This document shows, in pieces, positions 57,965-64,000 of a stretch of DNA of 64,000 nt. Under the pieces are notes generated by a model, which made no database searches, was not told the DNA's origin, and worked only from the letters and a program-made list of their open reading frames with translations. The stretch covers positions 32,001 to 96,000 of the IMG/VR virus record IMGVR_UViG_3300032038_000025; one strand, 5' to 3'. How positions within the stretch are numbered: position 1 is the stretch's first letter; the number at the start of each line of letters is the position of its first letter. This stretch comes from a virus. Taxonomy: Duplodnaviria > Caudoviricetes. A program made the translations under genes and the position numbers.

Positions 57965-58480
57965 GTGGCTCGTCATTATGTAAAATGTCTTTATTGTGGA
58001 AAACAATTTGATAGAGAGACTGAACCAACAAAACAAGTTTCCGCACGTAGATATGCTCACATGAAATGCTGGGAAGATCATATCGCTAATATGACTCAAG
58101 AAGAAAGAGATATAGAGGCATTTTATGATTATACCCGCAATCTATTTGGAGAAAATTATAATTATTTATTAACAAAAAAACTTGCTGAAAGATACGTTAA
58201 AGAAAATAATTATACTTATAGTGGAATGTTAAAAACTCTTAAATGGTACTATGAAAAAGAAGGTAATTCAATTGATAAAAGTCATGGTAGTATTGGAATT
58301 ATTCCCTATATTTATAAACAGGCTTTAAATTATTATTATGCATTATATCAAGCGCAACTTATTAATCAAGAAAAGGATATTTCAAATTTTATTTTGCCAA
58401 AAGAAAAAATAATTAATATCGAATCTCCACGCGTATATGTGCGGCCGCCGCATATGTGGTTAGAAGAAGAGGGGGAATAA
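57965..58480 (+). CDS. Zn-finger protein upstream of the helicase (possible loader)
   Basis: CLYCG...H..C; IGIIPYIY; RBS AAGGAGG. Confidence 0.65.
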   Translation: MARHYVKCLYCGKQFDRETEPTKQVSARRYAHMKCWEDHIANMTQEERDIEAFYDYTRNLFGENYNYLLTKKLAERYVKENNYTYSGMLKTLKWYYEKEGNSIDKSHGSIGIIPYIYKQALNYYYALYQAQLINQEKDISNFILPKEKIINIESPRVYVRPPHMWLEEEGE

Positions 58481-58483
58481 TTT

Positions 58484-60028
58484 ATGAGTTCAAAATATGT
58501 TGATACATCTGCAAATATGCAAGTTATTGGAGATGTTTTTATTAATCCTTCTCTTTTGGATTTAGAAGATAAATATAAATTTAATGAAGCTGATTTTCCT
58601 CAAGAATTTCATCGAATTTTATTTGGCTCAATTTATAATTTACATCAACTTGGAGCAAAACAGATTTCAATTGAAGATATTGAAAAATATTTAGAGCAAC
58701 GACCAAAAAAATATGCTATTTATAAATTAAATAAAGGTTCTGAATATTTAGAAAATATTAGAGAAATGTGTCAATTGGCTGCTTTTGATTATTATTATAA
58801 TCGAATGAAAAAAATGACACTTTTAAGAATGTATAATAATAATGTTGGCATGGATTTGTCTTGGCTTTATGACCCAGATAATATATTAGATGTAAAGAAA
58901 AAAGAAGCTCAAGAAACTTGGTTTGATAATACTCCAATTGATGAAATAGCCAATACTATTAATGACAAAATAGATGAAATAAAGGCTAAATATGTTGACA
59001 ATTCAGAAGATGGAGTTATTCAGGCGGGAGATGGCGCATTAGCTCTTCTTGAAAGATTAAAAACCACTCCAGAAATTGGTTATCCTTTATATGGTCGATT
59101 AGTTAATGCTATTCATAGAGGAGCAAGATTAAAAAAGTTTTATTTGCGGTCGGCGGCTACTGGCGTCGGAAAAACCCGTTCTATGATTGCAGATGCCTGT
59201 AATATAGCTTGTAATAAAATTTATAATCTTGAAACAAAACAATGGGAAAATAATGGAACTCGTGAACCAACTCAGTTTATTACAACAGAACAAGAAGAAG
59301 ATGAAATTCAAACAATGATGATTGCTTTTTTGTCTGGCGTAAATGAAGATCATATTCTTGAAAATGAATATGTTGGTGATGAGTGGGAGCGAGTAATCGA
59401 GGCCGCCGCAATTCTTTCAAAAAGTCCATTGTATATTAAAAAACTTCCAGATTTTTCATTGCAAGATATTGAAAATACAATTAAATTTGGAATTCGTCAA
59501 TATAATGTAAGATATGTATTTATGGATTATATTCATTCAAGTATGAAAATATTAAGTGAAATTAGTTCAAAAGCTGGAGTAAAAGGATTACGAGAAGATA
59601 ATATTCTTTTTATGATTAGTGTTCGATTAAAAGATTTATGTAATCAGTACGGCGTATTTATTATGTCAGCAACTCAGCTTAATGCAGATTATGTTTCTGC
59701 ACAGCAATATGACCAGAATCTTCTTCGTGGTGCAAAAGCAATTGCTGACAAAATTGACTGTGGTATGATTATGTTACAAACCAGTCAAGATGATAGAGAA
59801 TCATTAAAAAATATTGTTAATTCTATGGGTATTGAAATGCCTGATATAAAAATTTCTGTTTATAAAAATAGGCGCGGCCGCTATAAAGATGTTCTTCTTT
59901 GGTGTAAATCTGATAGAGGAATATGTCGTATTGATCCTATATTTATAACTAATTATAATTATGAATTAATGGATATTGAAGATTTAAAAATTAAAGTTAC
60001 ACCTAAAATTGAAGCAAGTGCGTTTTAA
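58484..60028 (+). CDS. Replicative DNA helicase, DnaB-like
   Basis: SAATGVGKTR, ITTEQ, FMDYI, ATQLN, KNRRG. Confidence 0.85.
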   Translation: MSSKYVDTSANMQVIGDVFINPSLLDLEDKYKFNEADFPQEFHRILFGSIYNLHQLGAKQISIEDIEKYLEQRPKKYAIYKLNKGSEYLENIREMCQLAAFDYYYNRMKKMTLLRMYNNNVGMDLSWLYDPDNILDVKKKEAQETWFDNTPIDEIANTINDKIDEIKAKYVDNSEDGVIQAGDGALALLERLKTTPEIGYPLYGRLVNAIHRGARLKKFYLRSAATGVGKTRSMIADACNIACNKIYNLETKQWENNGTREPTQFITTEQEEDEIQTMMIAFLSGVNEDHILENEYVGDEWERVIEAAAILSKSPLYIKKLPDFSLQDIENTIKFGIRQYNVRYVFMDYIHSSMKILSEISSKAGVKGLREDNILFMISVRLKDLCNQYGVFIMSATQLNADYVSAQQYDQNLLRGAKAIADKIDCGMIMLQTSQDDRESLKNIVNSMGIEMPDIKISVYKNRRGRYKDVLLWCKSDRGICRIDPIFITNYNYELMDIEDLKIKVTPKIEASAF

Positions 60029-60037
60029 GGAGAAAAA

Positions 60038-60205
60038 ATGACAGAAGATAATATTATTTGGTCACTTGAACGATGTTGTTGTGGAGGCCCAGATGCTTGT
60101 AGCGATTGTAATTATGACAATTATCCTCCAAGAATATGTGTTCAACATTTAACTGCTGACGCATTAGAGTTAATAAAAAAATATAAGGAGGAAATAAATA
60201 AATGA
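60038..60205 (+). CDS. Small Cys-rich hypothetical protein, 55 aa
   Basis: RBS AAGGAG; LERCCCG...CSDCNY...DALELI. Confidence 0.55.
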   Translation: MTEDNIIWSLERCCCGGPDACSDCNYDNYPPRICVQHLTADALELIKKYKEEINK

Positions 60206-60618
60206 TTATTTGTGGTTTTCCTGGGGTTGGAAAATCTATCTTAGCAAAATTTTCTAATTGGGTAGATTTAGAAAGTACCCCATTTGAAAAAGATTGGGTT
60301 CGTTATGCAAAAGTAGCAAAACACATGAGTGATAATGGATATAATGTTATGGTGTCTACTCATCCTTAGTTATTAGAACAATTTGAACAAATGGAAGTAA
60401 GATATACTGTTGTAGTGCCTCCTTTTTCTGATGTTTCTATCTATAAAAATAGATATATCAAAAGAGGAAATAATATTGATTTTACTGCCTTAATTGAAAT
60501 AAATTGGGATAAATGGATTGGAGATATTATAACAAAATCTTCAGTTAATAAAACTGTTGTAATATTACCAAAAGATGGTTGTTTACAAGGTTATATTGAA
60601 GAATATGAAAATATATAA
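60202..60618 (+). CDS. P-loop kinase-like protein, 138 aa, 1 TAG
   Basis: GFPGVGKS, VDLES, VMVSTHP[TAG]LL, RYIKRGN. Confidence 0.75.
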
Positions 60619-60630
60619 ATTGAGATAATT

Positions 60631-61065
60631 ATGAATAAAGAAAAAGTTATATATTGTACTATATGCGGTAAAAAAATTAATCCTGGTGATGCATATAGTT
60701 TTAAAAATGGTTAGATAGATAACCAGCATAAAGAATGTAGAATAATGGGATGCTATGATGACAAACCATGGACATTTTTTCCAATTATGCAACTTTTTAA
60801 TATTCCTTATATTGAAAATCAATGGTTCAAGCGCATGAAATCTCAAATAAAAATTACAATTAATACTCATCAATACAAAAGTATATTTGGAAAATATCTT
60901 TCTACAATGAAATTAGCAGGTTATCGAAATTTTGAATTTCAAGATAGTCCTTTATTAAATATGCCAAATGATCTGATAAAAGATAAACCAATAAGGGATT
61001 TTTTATTAGATTCTGATATTCCTCAAGAATACTTTCAAATAATTGAATTTAAAGAAAATGTATAA
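60631..61065 (+). CDS. Zn-finger hypothetical protein, 144 aa, 1 TAG
   Basis: YCTICGK...KNG[TAG]IDNQHKEC...FGKYLSTMKL. Confidence 0.65.
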
Positions 61066-62164
61066 ATATGATAAAGAAGAATTAAAAAAGGAATTAACTT
61101 TAGAGCAAATCTATGATTTATTAACAGAGTTAGGAGCAGAGCCAATTCTTAAAGATAATTGTATTATTTGCAAAACAATATGCCACAATAGTGATTTAGC
61201 TAATGCAAGTCATAAACTTTACTACTATTCAAATACCCGATTATTTCATTGTTATACAGGATGTGGTGATGCTTCATTTGATATATATGACTTAGTATTA
61301 AGAGTAAATAAAACGGCGGGAATCCAAAATTTTTCTTTACCTCGTGCTATTGCATTTGTAGCTCGATATTTTGGATATACGGCAGATACTTTTAATTTTG
61401 AAGATAATCAAGAAGCAAGTGAAGATTGGAAAATAATTAATAATTATAAAAGAAATAAAGAAAAAAATCAACCACAAATTGTAGAATTAAAAACTTATGA
61501 TAATAAAGTATTAAGATATTTACCTCGACCGCATATTATTCCTTGGGAAGAAGAAGGTATTTCTTTTGACATTATTGAATCAAGAGGAATTTGTTATGAT
61601 CCAATAAATGAAGGAATTGTAATTCCTCATTATGATATAAATGGAAATTTAATTGGGATTAGAGAAAGAACAATTATAAAAGAAAATGAAGTATATGGTA
61701 AATATCGGCCTGCAATTATTAATGGAAAAATGTATAACCATCCGCTTGGTTTTTCACTTTATAATCTTAACAATAGTAAAAATGCCATTTCTCAATTTAA
61801 AAAGGCTATTGTATTTGAAGGCGAAAAAAGTACATTATTATATGCATCTTACTTTGGAGAAGAGTCAGATATTAGTGTAGCATGTTGCGGCAGTAATTTA
61901 ATTAATTATCAAGTAAAACTACTTTTATCTCTTGGAGTAAAAGAAATTATTATAGCTTTTGATAAACAGTTTCAAAAAATTGGAGATAATGAATGGCAAA
62001 AATGGGTTACTAAATTAAAAACGCTATATAATAAATATAGTAGTTATGTAAACATTTCTTATCTTTTTGATAAAGAGAATATTTTAGGATATAAAGATTC
62101 GCCTATTGATTGCGGAAAAGATAAATTTATTCAATTGTTTAAAAATAGAATAATATTAGAATAA
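61058..62164 (+). CDS. DNA primase (Zn finger + Toprim)
   Basis: TICHN...FHCYTGC, IPHYD, LYNLN, FEGEKS, IAFDK, KDSPID. Confidence 0.85.
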   Translation: MYKYDKEELKKELTLEQIYDLLTELGAEPILKDNCIICKTICHNSDLANASHKLYYYSNTRLFHCYTGCGDASFDIYDLVLRVNKTAGIQNFSLPRAIAFVARYFGYTADTFNFEDNQEASEDWKIINNYKRNKEKNQPQIVELKTYDNKVLRYLPRPHIIPWEEEGISFDIIESRGICYDPINEGIVIPHYDINGNLIGIRERTIIKENEVYGKYRPAIINGKMYNHPLGFSLYNLNNSKNAISQFKKAIVFEGEKSTLLYASYFGEESDISVACCGSNLINYQVKLLLSLGVKEIIIAFDKQFQKIGDNEWQKWVTKLKTLYNKYSSYVNISYLFDKENILGYKDSPIDCGKDKFIQLFKNRIILE

Positions 62165-62206
62165 AGAAAGAATTGACTTGACAATTCTTTCTTTTTTTAT
62201 TATAAT
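62163..62206 (+). promoter_or_regulatory. Terminator overlapping a consensus promoter
   Basis: aaagaaagaattg-acttga-caattctttcttt; TTGACA(62178)-N17-TATAAT. Confidence 0.7.
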
Positions 62207-62243
62207 ATAAATAGAAAATTATTATAATAAAGGAGTTTAATTA

Positions 62244-62504
62244 ATGAATGTAATAAAAATAGATATGATTAAAATTAAATAGGCTATACAAGAATATATT
62301 TATTTTCACACAGAATGGATGCAAGTTGATACCATAATAAATTATGAACGTCCTATTGTTTTTATGAATGAAGATACTTTTTTACAAATCAAAAAAGAAC
62401 AATCATTTTTACAAGATTGCTGTCTAAAGCCTGAGAAAAAAATTTTTGGATGTCATATTGCAATCGCGGATTGGCTTCCTTTTGGAGAGGTTCAATTGAA
62501 ATGA
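62244..62504 (+). CDS. Hypothetical protein, 86 aa, 1 TAG
   Basis: RBS AAGGAG; ends GCHIAIADWLPFGEVQLK. Confidence 0.6.
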
Positions 62505-64000
62505 AATATGAATTAATAAATCAACCAAATAAAAATTTTTCAGCAATTCAACAAATTTTATATAATAGAGGAATGACAGAAAATGAAATTTTACATTATG
62601 TAAATTTATCTGATTAGGATATAAATTCACCTTTATCATTAGGGGAAGAAAATTTAAAAGATGGTTTAAAATTACTTTTAAATGCAATTTCAAAAGAAAG
62701 AAATGCAATAATTATTGTAGACTGCGACTGTGATGGTTATACATCTGCCGCACTTCTGATTAATTATTTATATAAATTATTTCCCGCTTGGGTAAATAAT
62801 CATTTAGATTGGATTATGCATGATAGTAAGCAACATGGTTTATCTGATTGTATAAATAAAATTTCAAATTATTATTCCCTAGTTATTTGTCCAGATTCAA
62901 GCAGCAATGATTATAAATATCATTAGGATTTATTTCATAAAGGAATTGGAGTTTTAGTACTAGATCATCACTTAGCAGATAATATTAGTCAATATGCAGT
63001 AATTATTAATAATCAATTATCTACTTATCCTAATAAAGAATTATCTGGTGTTGGAATTGTTTGGCAATTTTGTAGATATTTAGATTCTATATTAGAAGTA
63101 AATTATGCAGACGAGTTTCTTGATCTAGTTGCGCTTGGAAACTGCGGAGATATGATGTCTTTACGCTCATTTGAAACTCGTTACCTTATTACAAAAGGAT
63201 TTAAAAAATAGAATATAAAAAATCCATTTATTGATTATATGCTTGATAAAAACTCTTTTCCGCTATCAAAGGCTGATTATGTATCATCTAACTCCGATAT
63301 GGCTTGCACATCTATGGGCGCCGCATTTTTTATTGTACCCTTTGTTAATGCAGTTACGCGTAGCGGAACAATAGAATAGAAAAATTTATTATTTAATTCT
63401 ATGTTAAATCATCAGGCATTTCAAGAAGTTCTTTCAACGAAACGAGGACATAAATTAGGAGAGAAAGAAAAATTAATTTTACAAGCAGTTAGAACAGTCA
63501 CAAACGTTAAAAATAGACAAACAAGAGCAGAAGAAGCTGGCTTGGCCATGTTAGAAAAAATGATTGAAGTTAATCATATGCTCGATCATAAAATTCTTTT
63601 ATTTTTACTAGAGCCAGGCCAAATTGATTCCGAAATTCGCGGTTTAATTGCAAATAAATTTATGGCAAAATATCAAAGACCATGTTGTTTGTTAACACGA
63701 ACTAGCAGAAATGGAAAAGAGTCTTATGAAGGCTCAATGCGAGGCTACACCAAGACAGGTATTGATAATTTTAAGGAAGTTCTTGAACAATGCCCAGAAG
63801 TTATTTATGTGCAAGGACATTAGAATGCAGCTGGTCTAAGTATTCAAGGAGATCAAACTAATAATTTTCTTTATCATATTGATCAACTTTTAGAAGATGT
63901 CTCTACTGAACCTGTTTATAGAATAGATTATGATTTTAAAGAAACAGATAATAATAATCAATATATTTTAGAAATTGCAAATATGAATGATTATTGGGGA
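62501..64000 (+). CDS. recJ: RecJ-like DHH ssDNA exonuclease, truncated by the window, at least 5 TAG
   Basis: DCDCDGYTS, KQHGL, PDS, LDHH, LSGVG, VNAVTR, GSMRG, QGH[TAG]NAAG; TAG at 62615, 62924, 63209, 63377, 63821. Confidence 0.85.

Noticed and set aside
1-64000. Pyrrolysine or Tyr/Leu/Lys amber decoding
   Set aside because: No pyl genes seen; TAG contexts are acidic or helical-surface positions and are far too numerous for Pyl

Overview
This is a 64 kb, AT-rich segment of a large tailed phage, probably a long-tailed siphovirus infecting a Firmicute. The host inference rests on GGAGG Shine-Dalgarno sites, consensus sigmaA promoters, a GH25/CHAP endolysin and an A118-type holin. Layout: a + strand tail-fibre module (418-10139); a - strand tail, tape-measure, lysis and adhesin module (10208-39651); and a + strand module for RNA repair, nucleotide metabolism and replication (39808-64000: phosphoesterases, RNA ligase, kinase, RNase H, GyrB/GyrA, NAD ligase, ThyX-like, SSB, AAA ATPase, DnaB, primase, RecJ-like). 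The ORF track is shattered because TAG is a sense codon here. Fragments join in frame across TAG into intact genes, including a 2854-aa tape measure, and every gene end I checked is TAA or TGA. The main finding is that TAG falls at positions where the family motif calls for GLUTAMATE, not the glutamine of known recoded phages (table 15). Examples are the GH25 catalytic D-W-[TAG], RNase H GN-[TAG]-LAD, H-[TAG]-ITH and tape-measure K-[TAG]-LVLN. This suggests a TAG=Glu phage genetic code that I do not know to have been described. TAG use is mosaic: dense in core tail genes and in three nucleases, absent from gyrase, ligase, helicase, primase and an adhesin block. I saw no tRNA, CRISPR array or integrase. 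Family assignments are from motif recognition by eye, not from searches.
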